A DNA stretch of 62,600 nt, the filler included. It is 9 parts of 9 records of this genome, joined end to end, with 100 filler letters (N's around TTAATTAATTAA, not from the genome) between each part and the next. Parts side by side here need not be neighbours in the genome. Positions count along the whole stretch, not along the records: positions 15,567 to 23,034 come from SRR7504441_184; positions 23,135 to 30,649 come from SRR7504441_185; positions 30,750 to 34,433 come from SRR7504441_186; 6 more parts are not named here. One strand, given 5' to 3'. This document shows positions 20,540-32,751 of the stretch, piece after piece; position 1 is the first letter of the stretch, and each line of letters begins with the position of its first letter. The notes beneath the pieces are model-generated. The model had not been told where the DNA came from. It did not search any database and saw nothing but the letters and a program-made list of their open reading frames with translations. Made by a program: the position numbers and the translations under genes.

Positions 20540-22116
20540 ATGTCGTCTCTGATCAAGCCGACGCCGCGGCAGGCTGGGATCGCCGCCGCGACAGTGTGTG
20601 GCGGGGCGTTGCTGTTCACCACGTTGTGGGGCCGGTCCAAGACCAACGGCTCCGGCCCGTTCATCAGCGCCGTGCGCTCACTGCTCGGTCTAAGCCCGCC
20701 GCACGTGATTGAGGGCCAAGTGGCGCCCGGATGGGAGGCTGTGAGGTCTGCGTTCGAGGCCAACTTTGAGATTGGGTGGGAGCGGGCTTCTCAGCTCTGC
20801 GTGCACCATCAGGGCAGGGTGGTGGTGGACCTGTGGGGCAGGAACGAAGAAGATAGTGACCTGCCCAGTGTGAGGTCACCGGCCACTCGCCAGCTGTATG
20901 ACGGAGACACGCTGCAGCTGATATTCTCCTCCGGCAAAGTGGTGGGTTCGCTCTGCCTAGTGATGGCGGTGGATCGGGAGTGGTGCAACTTCGATGACTT
21001 GATTATTAAACATTGGCCTGAATTCGCCACGGACCTTACGAGCGACAAGGCTGGGCTCACCATCGCTGACTTGCTCCGGCATGACACGGGGCTGCATGCG
21101 TTTGATCGAGCTGTTACCATGGATGAGCTCAAGGATCACGAGGCGATGGCCAAGCTGATTGAGGAGAGTTCGCCACAATGGCCAACTGGAGAGCACGCCC
21201 CAGCAACTCGCAGATGCTACCACGCAGTGACTCGAGGGTTCATCATCTCTGCCCTTATGCGAAAGCTCGACCCTGATGGCCGGTCAGCTGCCGACTTCCT
21301 CAAGGAGGAAGTATTCAATAAACTCGGAGTGGGAGAGACATTCAGGATCGGAGTGCCAAAGGCTGAGCAGCAATCACTGCAGCTTTGCCAAATGGAGATG
21401 CAGGGTAGCTCGTGGGGCTGGTGGAACACCAAGCTACCATTCATGTTCAGGATGCTCACCAACCGGCTCTCTCGAAAGGATCAGGCCGTCTTGCAAGCCA
21501 CAAAGGATCCTCAATTCCAACGGGTCTTAAGTGCCGTCGATTGGGGTGATCCCTGGGCTGGCTGGGCTGGCATTGACGGGTGGCAGGCAATCAGGGCACG
21601 CTACAGGCATTCAACTCTCCAAATATCATGGCAACTGAAATCGTTTCGAGCAACGCGGTTTCAAATGCCAGGGCAATGGGCAAGGTGTGAATGCCTCTGG
21701 TGTTGTGTTTGACGAACATGGTGTAGGTCGGCGCTTGTCTTGCCAACGGGGGCAGCCTGGATGGAGTTAGAATACTCAAGGAGTCTACTGTCAAAGCAGC
21801 ACTCCTGGAGCCTGTGGCTAGAGACACCTTGCTGCTGTTTATGGAGACAAGCTTTGTGCAAGGCGGATGGGCTGACACAGCATTGGTGGACGCGGCGAGG
21901 CAAGGTCACGAAGACAGTCCACCAAAAGAAGCACCACGAGATGGAAGTTCGACATACGGCTGGGCAGGATGGGGTGGGTCAGTTTTCCGGTTCAGCACCA
22001 AGAGACAGCTGTCGATTGCCTACGCAGTGACTGGGATGCTCGAAGGGTTGCTTCCAACTCGACGCTTTGGGCCTATTGGCAAAGCCATCAATGAGTGTGC
22101 CGCCAAAGCCACGTAA
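20540..22116 (+). CDS. Beta-lactamase-related serine hydrolase (class C/EstB-like); 2 GT-AG introns near 21546-21586 and 21685-21726
   Basis: GRVVVDLWG, IFSSGK (SxxK), HWPEF, LTIADLLRHDTGL, YHAVTRG, SNARAMGK, YGWAGWGGS. Confidence 0.88.
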
Positions 22117-22377
22117 GTGTAATGTAAGTGGCTATAATCACTAGCACCTGACTGCCACATAAGATGTGCTGTCGACATTAATTAGCATTAGCCGCAACTA
22201 GCGTGTTATTCAATGATAGGTACGGCAATATTCAGTTCAGTTAAAAATCTCCCGATACTTATTGTATTCAAATTAAAAGGTTTGCTAAAGGGCTGCATGC
22301 CCATCACAGCTCGGTCGTTCTCTCGAGCTCTATACGCCTCGACGTCTATAATCATAATTGAAAATACACCCACCGCA

Positions 22378-23034
22378 TCAGCGGTAGCCGCGAGGGAAGG
22401 AGTTGGGTCTGTTGAGCACAGGGGTCCTCTCCTTGTACATGTACTCCCTCCAGTCTTGATTCAGTCCTGGCACTCCTTCGAGCCTTGCCACATCCATCTC
22501 CTCAAGCAATCGGTTCAGCCTAGCACTCGACCGCGTGCTTGCCGCGTACTTCTCTACCAGTACTGACTCCGGGTTGCCCACACCGTACCTAGCGGCCGGG
22601 TCGTTGTATGGATATTCAAGCCGCGGCTGGCTCAGTTGCTGCTGGTGAAGCCGTCCCGCGGGGTGCTCGTGAGTTAGCAGCACAGGACATGCTCGGACTG
22701 CCTCCTGGTGCGTCCGCCATTCGCAGCAAAACGGTCCGTGTCGCCAGCTGGAGCATCCCCCTACAGCCTGGCTGGGCACTGGTACCAGCGCTTCAGTGGT
22801 CCAGCTGGCTTCTGCAGGCTTCAGTGCTGCCACCGGTGCTGCCCCCACCGCCGGTGCCGGTGCTGCTGCCAACGGTGCTGCCACAGGTGCTGCTGTTGTC
22901 GCTGGGGCTACCGCTGGTGCCGCCTTTGTTGCTGCCTGGTACCGGTGCCCAGCCACCACCGGGGCTGCTGCCACCACCGGTGCCTTTGCCGCTGCCACTG
23001 GGGTGGCTGGTGCTGCCACCGGGGCTGCTGCCAC
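22378..23034 (-). CDS. Hypothetical protein with Ala/Pro-rich low-complexity region (5' partial)
   Basis: Open frame running from the contig edge to TGA 22378; AAPVAA repeats; probable short introns. Confidence 0.55.
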   Translation of the reverse strand: MAAAPVAAPATPVAAAKAPVVAAAPVVAGHRYQAATKAAPAVAPATTAAPVAAPLAAAPAPAVGAAPVAALKPAEASWTTEALVPVPSQAVGGCSSWRHGPFCCEWRTHQEAVRACPVLLTHEHPAGRLHQQQLSQPRLEYPYNDPAARYGVGNPESVLVEKYAASTRSSARLNRLLEEMDVARLEGVPGLNQDWREYMYKERTPVLNRPNSFPRGYR

Positions 23035-23134
23035 NNNNNNNNNNNNNNNNNNNNNNNNNNNNNNNNNNNNNNNNNNNNTTAATTAATTAANNNNNNNNNN
23101 NNNNNNNNNNNNNNNNNNNNNNNNNNNNNNNNNN

Positions 23135-24536
23135 CTGCCGCAGCGGAGGCCGAAGCTGCCGCAGAAGAGGCCGAGGGAGGCGCGCCCGAGGATGAGCCCG
23201 AGGCGGCGCGTGCACAGGTCCAGATGATAGAGCTGCTGCTTAGCCACAGGGCCGACCCAGACCAGGCCAGCCTGCTGGGGCACACCCCGCTCTGGCAGGC
23301 CGCGGCAGTCGGATGCGAGCAGGCTGTGCGCTCGCTGCTCAAGGGGGGCGCACACCCTTTGAAGACCGAGGTGGACCTGTGTCAGCGCAAGCTGGGCAGC
23401 TCGCCAGCTGAAGCTGCTGCGCGGGCAGGCCAGCGCGGGCTGGCGCTGGTGCGCACCCTGGCTGGCGTGAGACTGACGGGTGGCAGATGCTGCTACGAGC
23501 GGAGAAACAGCCGCCTGTAGCTGTGCTGCCCGAGCTGGAGAAGCAGCTGGCTGAGCTCGAGGCTGAGCTAGAGGCTGCGGATGCGGATCTCGAGGTCTTG
23601 CCGCAGAGGGCGATAGAGGAGCGGGAGCGGCTGAGCGAGCAGATCGAGCAGATTAAGCAGCGGCAAAGCCAGCTCAGGCTGCCGAGGGGCGATTGGCGGC
23701 TGGGCGCCCCAACTGAGCTAGGGCAGAACCAAAAGGACCGGATTCGGGCAAAATTTGGAGAGCGGATGCAGGCGATCGCAGCGGCCGACAAGAGGGCCAA
23801 GTGGTACACCCCAGACGGCTACGACCTCGAATTCCAGAATAAGGGCGAGCTCAGAGTGAGTAAGCGGCTTTCAGAAGAGGCGGACATGCCTGCCAAGCGC
23901 CAATCAGATGCTGGGTACGAAGACGTGCTGGGCCAGCTGGATTGTATTGGCCAGCGGCTTGTGTGCACTATGGCCCAGATGGCAGCGGGTCTTCCAGGGT
24001 ACCCTGGGCAGCAGCGAGCGTTTGCTGCGTGTAGCCGGCATTTGTGCCGCAGGCGGGTTGAACGGTCTCAGATCCTAGAAGACCTGAAGCAGCTTGAAGC
24101 CAACGAATTCGTGGTCAGCCTAGCCGCCGAGGACACACTGCCTGACTGCGACAACTTCAACTTTAGCCTGAGCCGACAAGCCACGCCCGAGGTCGAACTG
24201 TCCCTGTCCGTACGGATAGGCGAGCACAGTGCATCCAATCCGAGCTATCCGCACCTGCCGCCGACGGTCACCCGGGTGTGCGGGCAGCGGACGTCGCTGT
24301 ACCTCGAGTGGCTCAAGGGCGCCGAGGCCTTCCCCGGCGAGAATGAATACCTCGTTGGTAGGCTCAAAAGAAGTAAATGGGCAGATCGTGATCGAGAGCG
24401 GGACCTCGGCGATTATCTAAAGATATGGTTCGGCACATGGGTATCTAAAGGCTTGAGAGACACGGTTGTGCTGAAAAATGTAGAACTGATGGCACGCTAT
24501 CAGGCCGAACTAGCGAGTGAGCTGACAAGCGAGTGA
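23135..24536 (+). CDS. Ankyrin-repeat plus coiled-coil protein (5' partial); intron near 23449-23487
   Basis: LLLSHRADPD..GHTPLWQAAAVGCEQAVRSLLKGGA ankyrin consensus, then heptad-rich helix. Confidence 0.75.
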
Positions 24537-24874
24537 GGTTTAGCGAGTGAGCTGAATAATAAGTACTAAATGATTATTGCAGTTTTTAGACTGATCATTC
24601 TCGCGCCACTGATCGACATGCGGACCGATAGCCGATCGATCGCGATTCACTACAGACTTGTATTCATGAACACTACATTCGCGCCCGTTTTGCTACGTAC
24701 CCAAAACCCTTTTTTGGAACCCGCGGATTCAGACGACCACGACACCACGTGCACGACGACCAAATCCCCAAAAGTCTTTGTGATTGTATGCCGTTGGTGC
24801 AGCTGAGCAGGCAACAGAAGGCTGTTTACTATTGCTGGTCAGAAGAAATCATCAGCCGCGTCCTCTTAGCAGAC

Positions 24875-27800
24875 ATGGCGCGCCCCCCACAAAGCCGTGA
24901 TCTAAGCTCACTCGCGCCCCGCGATGAGGCGGGCGAGTCCGTTGGGCCGGGGGGAGCGCGTCGAGCTTCCAGAGTTCCGAGCCCACCGCCCAAGCACGGG
25001 GCTCTGCTTGCTACGGCCGAGCAGATATCATCATCATCCATCATGGTCCGATGGCCCGGGTACAGACCCTCGGTCGCGACCGCCGCGCGAGCAGATGCCC
25101 CCCCGAGGGGTGGCGAGTATCGCCTAAGCATGAGTACCACCCCGGTGGGCAAATTCTTCATTGTGATCAGCAAGACCACCTGCACGGCCGTCTTGCTCAG
25201 CGGGCTCGACCTCACAAGAGGCTACAAGTTTATGGTGAGCCCCCGGGCCGCGCGGGAGCCGACGGCCCGGCCCCAAGGTGAGCTACGAGCCCACATCTGG
25301 CCGGGTGATCATGGGATCGCCGACCTGCGAGGTCAAGATGCGCCACTTTAAGAAGAAAGTCGAGGTGCCCGGCTAGCGGCGGGGGCGGCTGAGTTGGGCA
25401 TGACAGTTTGCTTCTCCAACCCGGGCCGGTCTAGAGCGGGTGCATAAGGTCAACCTCAAGACAATGCGCCAGACCGGGCTGAGGTCGTCCAAGGCTCGAG
25501 TGACCAGCTCGACGGTTCATCCTCATGGGCCTGTTACTCCAAGGTTTGTTCACAAGAAACAAGCGGTGCCGGACTGTGCCCAGCGGTCTCTACCTGAACG
25601 CTCGCGACAAGTACCATCTCACCGCCAGAAGGTCTCTATCCCTGGAGTTGGGCCCAGTGGGCGGAGCCAGCCGATTGAATTTGGACCGTCATGGGATGAG
25701 CAACGCCTGAACCGGATCAGATCTGGGAGCCAGCCGGCCACCGAGAAGCCGTCTGTATCAGCTGAAATGATCAACATGCTGATCCAGGCTGGGAGCGCCG
25801 GTATGGAAAGCACCAAGATCTCGTATCCAGAGCCCAGAGCCACTCACGCGACGAATCTCAGCTCGCAGCCTATGGAGATGCGGAACTCCTCACGGGATCC
25901 TCGTCTGAAGGGCAAGCAGCGTGCTCCGAGCAGACCGGCAGAGCGGGGCCAGCAGGTGCCAGTGATCCTGAAGCAAGTGCAAAAGGAGATGACTCAGAGC
26001 CAGCAAGAACTTGGTGGTGCAGTACGATCTCCCGCCACCGCCGGGCAGCATCAAGCCAATTCTCAGCACCAATCGGACCACGTCTGGAACACCATCACCA
26101 ATGAGATCAAAACAGCCGACAAGAACCCGGGCGAGTTGGCAGTCCAATTGTCTAAGGCTGGCACATCAAATCTCTCAGTTGAAGCTCCCTGGGGCAGTCC
26201 AGTTACCGATCCCGAGGCGACGCCCAAACAGCCTCTACTTGGTTCGAGAAAGGAGGACAGCCCCGACCCGAGGAAGCATGTAGAAATGAGCTGCACCAAG
26301 AGACTCTTCTCAGTAGCTCCCCTGGCTCACGAGCAGCTGCCAGCACTCATCACCCCGCGAAACTCATCAGATGACAGCAGTTACGATCTCCCTACAACCG
26401 ATGAGCCGCAGCAGCAGCCGCAGCTAAAACAGCTATCTCGTGGAAAACAAGTGGCTGGTGTGACTGAATCTCTTCCCGCAGCGCCTGAGGCTACAATCAA
26501 AGTCAATGAACCTAGCTGGGAACAGCAAGCCATGAAGAAAATCAACATGGTCAACTCATCTGGCGTGCCGACTGACGACGCCAACAAGGACCGCAGCAAA
26601 AAGCTGATCAGGCCATTCAGCCGTCAAAGGGCCAGCGACAGACGGTCAAGGAGCCCCAGGAGGCATTGCAGCCGGAGGAGGTCGAGGAGTCCAGGCAGAT
26701 ACCGCAGCCGGCGGAGGTCAAGGAGCCCCAGCACTGAACGCCGCAGCCGGTCGTGGCAGCCCAATCGATTTGCTGCAGCGCGTTATGGCGGAAGGCGCAC
26801 ACATAGATCCAGGTCGCGAAGCCCTTCCAGAGGTCGCCAGAGAGAGCGGGCGAGCAGAGCAAGATCGCACACGCGCTCACCGACCAGGGAAGTCGGAAAG
26901 GCCAGATGCTGCCACTTCCTGGAAGGCTCATGCGGCTATGGCTCGCGCTGTCGTCACTCTCATGACCTAGAAGCAGATGGCCCTTGCCACAGAGGATTAA
27001 AGTGTTGGCACAAGCACGGACAACCGCAGGTAGAGCCTGTTGTGGTCGCTCCAGCCCGCATCGAGATCTCAGGAGCCCCGTTTACCCCAGGGATCACTGT
27101 TCGGCTGGTTGGTCTCAAGACCGCAAACAAGAATGGCCTCGAGTGCCGGTAAAGACACCCATATCAGACAGCAGTAAGCTGACTTCCACTGCAGGTGCTT
27201 GGAGTTCGATCCCAAAGCCGAGCGTTGGATCGTCAAGGTCTGACCGCGCTGGCTTTAGCTAGTGCTGACATTTATCGGTACAGGAAATCTCATCTGGCGA
27301 CATCTTCCGTGTTCGGCCGGACAACTTGATGGCTGTGAGCTCGGCAAATGGAGCACTGATGGCTGTGACCTCGGCAAAAGGCAACTCGTCTAAGAAATTG
27401 AGTACAGACCTGCCTACAACACTTGATCTAGAGCCGCCTGCGATCCTGAACCACTCGCGGATCTGCCCGGTGGAAGTGAGAACACGTCATGCGGACCAAC
27501 AGCTTGCCAAGATGATTCCCCATCAAGCTGCCATCGGGCTGGACGGCCAAGATCACCTTGAACAATTGGCCGCTGGGCTAAGGGGCGAGCCAGCACCTGG
27601 GGCCGAGCCAACTGCTGAGGCGCAGGAGGACAAGTGCAGCTGGGAGCATGACGAGCTCACAGATGAGTACAGCTGGAAGCATAACGAGCTCACAGATGAA
27701 GTGCGCCGCCGAACCAAGAATGCCATCGAGGCCCGAGATCCAGAAGGATCAGGACAGGGCATGGCCGTATCCTCGCTTGAACAGTTGCTGGAACCAATCT

Positions 27801-27928
27801 CATTACTGCAGCCTGTTCTCAAAGGTGGCTACATTAAATGGCTCGAGTCTCGTCAAGGAGGCAAGAGATGGTTCACGCTCAAGAACTCCCTAGTGACGGT
27901 ACGTCCATTCAGCGTGGCCAGCGGTTAG
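24875..27928 (+). CDS. Multidomain protein: FN3-like N-terminus, RS-rich region, CCCH zinc finger, SH3-like barrel, start of a PH-like segment; several introns, 3' end uncertain
   Basis: SSSIMVRW..EYRL..LSGLDLTRGYKFMV (FN3); RSRSP repeats; CCHFLEGSCGYGSRCRHSH; VRLVGLKTANKNG..RWIVK..VRPDNL; LKGGYI..KRWFTL. Confidence 0.6.
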
Positions 27929-28146
27929 AACCGTGCAAAGTACGTGCAAAGAGCGTGTGCATGGCCATTAAGGTCGATCAATTGCGTAAAGTCTAATCCT
28001 AGTCCAATCCGAGTGACTAAACGTAGACTCAAATAATAAACGGGAGGAATAATCAAATACGCTATAAAAACGTAATAGAAACAGTTGAGCAGAAACACCA
28101 CTGATCGATTAAGCACTATTATTTATGAGGACAGCAATGAGACCGA

Positions 28147-30649
28147 CTACACATATAGGTACAACATGTTGTCTCGACAAGGAATAAGTAAACCATCTTG
28201 CGTCACCACAGGAGAGCCAAACAATTGGCCTCCAAGGCGCCAGTGAGAGATGATCTCCCCAGACAAAGCTTTGAGCACAAAAACACCACCAGTAACAGTA
28301 ACACACACCACACAGAGGAGAGATTGTCCGCAAACGAAGGTGAATGGCGCGGCAAAGATTGAACCACTGTTCAGTTCAGCTGCCCATACAATGCAACCCG
28401 AGCAGCAATCGATGCAGCGCAAAGTTCCATCATGGCTTCCTATCCAGCACTGGGTAGAGCCAGCATGGTTGCCTGGAAGTGCACAGGCAGATGAAAATAC
28501 TGGCTCTGCGGTAGCCACTCGCCAGAGCTCCGACCCCGAGTCTAGACCCAATCCATAAACCTCCCCAGACACACAACCCACAACGATGGCTGGTCCTACC
28601 AAGCACGGCGTCGAGAAGACTGGAGCGGCCAACTGACATGACCATTGAACCGCCGGCTGGCTGGCAGCCGCCAACTTAAGGGCAACCACAAGCCCCTTGG
28701 TGCTCGCAGCACACCATCCCCATCCCAACTGCAGCGGCGAGCCAAAGATTGCGCTGCCCAAATCAACGGACCACAGTGCATGACCTTCTAGCTGAGAGAC
28801 CGCTCGCAGATGGCCATCATGCGAGCCGAACACCACCAGCTGGCCCATCAGGTCAGAGGCAGGAGTGCACTTGACCTCGGCACCAGTGCCCACCCGCCAG
28901 CGGACCTCGCCAGTGCTTAGCTCAAGGCAGTACAGGTTGTGGTCATAGCAGCCCACAAAAACTGCCATACCATCGGTACTCACTGCTGCGGAGCTCTCTA
29001 CACGACCCGCCAGTTGCGTCAGCCACACCTGTTTCCCAGTGTCGATGTTGATCTTACAGACTAGCCCGGCGTGAGAGCCAATGACCACATGGCTCGATCC
29101 AGAGCCTCCAATTACGAGGGGAGATGCATCGATGCATTTGACTAAGTCCGAGCCCCACCGCATCTCGTTGGGGCACTTCTTCATAGTGAGTACACTTTGG
29201 TCGATCTCGGGGCTGACCAAACCAGCCTTGGTCACACTCCAACGACTGGGATCCCACGCAACCTCGACGCGCTGCCGCTTGTGCATGGGTGCTACCGACG
29301 AGTCTGACGAATCAGCTTTCACCAGTAGGGCTGTATTCGCATTGGCAGCGGAGCGCGTCTGCAGCAAGCGCACAACATCCTCTGGCGAATTTGCCAAGTC
29401 CTCGATACTAAGCCAAACACCTGTGAGGCAAGCTAATCTATGGAGCAGCTGAACTCCCCTGATGGAGTCACCGCCGGCCTCAAAGAAGCTGCCCCCTGCC
29501 CAACTGGGCCCGAGCATGCCTTTGTACTCATCCAACACCACCGCCCCAATATCATGCAGCTCGCGCTGCTCTCCCAAACCCTCACGCTGACCATCGAACT
29601 GAGGCAACCGACTCCGATCCAACTTCCCTGTCGTCCCGAGAGGCCATGCACTGAGCGCAAGCACTCGTGACGGCACCATGTACAGGGGCAACCGCTCTCG
29701 GCATGCAGCTCTGACCACTGCAGGGTGCACCTCCTCGGGCAGCACATAAGCTATCAGTGTATTCATCTCACTCAGCCTAACCAGGCTATCTCGCACCCCA
29801 GCCACAGACCCTACCGCTGCCTCTACCTCTCCAGGCTCAATGCGCTGTCCGTTTAACTTAATTTGGAAATCCAAGCGTCCCTGAAACTCGAGATGTCCAC
29901 TCTCGAGCCAGCTCGCCCGATCCCCAGTGCAATACACTCGACCCTGACAGGACCAACAAAACCCGCCCTCCCTTCGCCCGGGCAGAGCGTCATCGATCAG
30001 CCTTGCGGCAAGCTGCGGACCTCCGACAAGCAGCAAGCCAGGCGCGCCGGGCGGGGCTGGTTGGCGCTGGGCGTTCAACACGAGGCAGGTCACATTGGGC
30101 AGTGGTCTGCCTATTGGCACCGTGCCCGCACTGCGCTCCCGAGCGGAGACTCGCATGGCGGTGACCTCGCCAGCGGTCTCGGTCTGGCCATATATATTCC
30201 ACAATTTGAGGCCCGACCCTGTCCTGGAGACTAGGCTGGCGCTAAGTGGCTCTCCGCTCGCCCCCACGCTGGTGAGACTTTCTGGCCAGTCGCGCCAAAC
30301 CTCCAGCAGCATCCCGAGCACCGATGGCGCAAACCAGGCCAGAGTGGCCCCACTATCCGAGCAGTAGCAGCGCAGCCGGTTGGGTGCCAGCAGACTGCCC
30401 TGAGGCGGCAGACAGAGCGCCAAGCCACAGAGCAACCCACACCAGACGGCCACCACTCCGTCCACAAAGCCGGACGCCGAGGCGCACAGCACCCGGTCAG
30501 CGGTCGACAACGACAGTGCAGCCCCCGTGCCGAGCGCGCACACGGCCAGCCCGTGGTGGCTGTGCAGCACCGCCCTGGGCGCACCGGACGAGCCCGAGGT
30601 GAACAGCACACAGCCGGCCGAGACACTGACCACCGGCTGCCTGTCCCCA
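28147..30649 (-). CDS. AASDH: AASDH/ACSF4-like mono-modular NRPS-like enzyme (adenylation + carrier protein + PQQ-like beta-propeller), 5' partial
   Basis: FTSGSSGAP, NIYGQTE, YCTGD, GRLDFQIKLNGQRIE, GKLDR (A domain); FFEAGGDSI (phosphopantetheine Ser); DLVKCIDASPL, GSH, GRVESS, GCYD (AASDH propeller). Confidence 0.88.
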
Positions 30650-30749
30650 NNNNNNNNNNNNNNNNNNNNNNNNNNNNNNNNNNNNNNNNNNNNTTAATTA
30701 ATTAANNNNNNNNNNNNNNNNNNNNNNNNNNNNNNNNNNNNNNNNNNNN

Positions 30750-31034
30750 CTGCTGGTGTGCTGCAGCCAGCTGCTGCTTATATTGTTCGACCCGCTTCTC
30801 GGCCTGCTGGTGCGCTTCGGGCGGGGCTACCACCTCATCGGCCGCCCCCTCAGAGTTTGGTGGACGGGTCCAGAGCAACGGGCTGGCGGCTGGGAGACCG
30901 ATCGGGTCCAGGGCGAGGGCGGACAGCGCAAGGCCTATCGATAGACCCACTGCCAGCCCGATGAGGCAGGCCACCACGTACCCATATCTCCGGAGCACCG
31001 GCCAACGTCGGTCCCGTGGGTTCAGCCCCGCCAT
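30750..31034 (-). CDS. Type II membrane protein N-terminus (3' cut by contig edge)
   Basis: MAGLNPRDRRW then TM segment VVACLIGLAVGLSIGLAL; divergent from the next gene. Confidence 0.55.
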
Positions 31035-31132
31035 GACCGTCCTAGCGCCCACACCGGGGTGTCCATAGATCGCAATCGTCGGTGCCACCGGCGACTTTCG
31101 CGCACGTCTCTGGAACCACAATCGCCGCACAC

Positions 31133-32413
31133 ATGGCCCAGCAGTGGCACTCGCCGCACCACAATCTCCGCGCAGCAGTGGCGCAGCTTGCGCTGCTCGC
31201 GACCGTCGTGTCCGGCAAGTGCAACCCCGAGCTGTATGCCCCGGCCAGCTCGCCCCACGCCCAGCTGGCGGCCGGGGCGGCCCAGCTCACGCTGCTCGCC
31301 CAAGATCGGGGCGAGCTCTCACCGGCATGCCTGGACGGTTCGCCGTATGGCTTCTACTTCCAGCCGTCGCTTACCAACTCGAGCAAGTGGACGATCAGCA
31401 TTAACGGCGGCGGCTGGTGCTACGACGAGGTGGACTGCTACTGCCGGAGTAAGACGTCGCTGGGGACCAGCACGGTGCTGCCCAAGACCGGCGGCTGCAG
31501 CTGCATGAATCCGTTACCTGACGGCTCGATGGACAACGACTGCAACTGCCTGCACCTGCCGTACTCGGACGGGGCCAGTTTTTCGGGCTATCGGGCCGCC
31601 GCCTGGCCTGTCCCGGCGGTGAAGGACGCTAAGCTCTACTTTAGAGGGATAAAGAATCTCGACGGGGTGCTCGATTTCGCAATGGCGCACGGCATGGGCC
31701 GAGCCTCCGAGCTGGTGGTGACCGGCGGCAGCGCCGGGGGCCTATCCACCTTCCTTCACACCGACCGGGCGGCTGCGCGGGTGCCTCACGCCAAGGTGCG
31801 GGGAGCACCGGTAGTCGGATATTTCTTGGATCATGACAACTTCCGGCACACCACCGGCGGCCAGCCGAACACGCCCGAGTGGTCTACACCTGGGACCGGC
31901 GCCAACTACACCACCTGGATGAAATACGTGTACAAAATGCAGAACATGAGTTTCGGGCCGGACGGTGGACTGAGCAAGGCGTGTCAGGCCAGGCATCCGA
32001 CCGAGCCCGGACTGTGCTTCATGTCGCCGCACATGCAGGACGTTATCCAGACCCCGTTTTTCATGTTCAACTCCAAGTACGACTCGTGGCAGCTCGGAAA
32101 CGAATTCCAATCGAGCTGGCAAACCCAACCCGAGCAGCAAGGCGTGCTTCAATACGGACGAGACTTCCTCGCCCAGCTGAGACCGGTCTACAACGGCGAG
32201 AGCAAGAACGGCGGGATGATCACCAGCTGCATCTGCCACGGCTGCCCGTGGCCGTCGCTGGTGCTCGAGGGCAAGAACTCTTACGAGCACTTTGCGGATT
32301 GGTTCTATGGCAAGACGTCGGGCGCAGCCGCCATGCATATCGACCCACGGCTACCCAACGGCAACGGCACGCTGCAGGGCGGTGCCTTCCGGCAGTGCGC
32401 GGCCTTCCCGTGA
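31133..32413 (+). CDS. Pectin acetylesterase / Notum-family carboxylesterase, secreted
   Basis: ACLDGSPYGFY, NGGGWC, YSDGASFSG, LYFRG, GGSAGG nucleophile motif, NSKYDSWQL, SCICH. Confidence 0.92.
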   Translation: MAQQWHSPHHNLRAAVAQLALLATVVSGKCNPELYAPASSPHAQLAAGAAQLTLLAQDRGELSPACLDGSPYGFYFQPSLTNSSKWTISINGGGWCYDEVDCYCRSKTSLGTSTVLPKTGGCSCMNPLPDGSMDNDCNCLHLPYSDGASFSGYRAAAWPVPAVKDAKLYFRGIKNLDGVLDFAMAHGMGRASELVVTGGSAGGLSTFLHTDRAAARVPHAKVRGAPVVGYFLDHDNFRHTTGGQPNTPEWSTPGTGANYTTWMKYVYKMQNMSFGPDGGLSKACQARHPTEPGLCFMSPHMQDVIQTPFFMFNSKYDSWQLGNEFQSSWQTQPEQQGVLQYGRDFLAQLRPVYNGESKNGGMITSCICHGCPWPSLVLEGKNSYEHFADWFYGKTSGAAAMHIDPRLPNGNGTLQGGAFRQCAAFP

Positions 32414-32751
32414 TTCGGGTTGGCGGTGCGAGAGAGCTGATGGGAGTCGGATTGATTTCTGATTGATTATAGTGAGAGCTTTAGCTGGCGCTTCGACTCG
32501 CCAAGTCCTAGTCGCAAAGCTTGAGTATCGAGAGTGAGTGACTAGCTGGGACTCGAAAATCTGCCGGCTACAATGACATTGTAGCTAGCTCGCAACATGA
32601 GTGAATCTATTAGCCTGACTAGTGATTAGGTCAGCGCGCTTTTGTCACGAGTGCGGCGCGACGCGTATTGAGCTTGACGGGATTTAGAATCTACTTGTAT
32701 CAAAATTTATAGGCTGCTCGGCCCGCGTGTTGTAAGTAAGCTTTAAGCTTA

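Noticed and set aside
20540-22116. Antibiotic-resistance beta-lactamase
   Set aside because: Intron-containing eukaryotic member of the broad SxxK esterase/peptidase family; no evidence of resistance function or mobility
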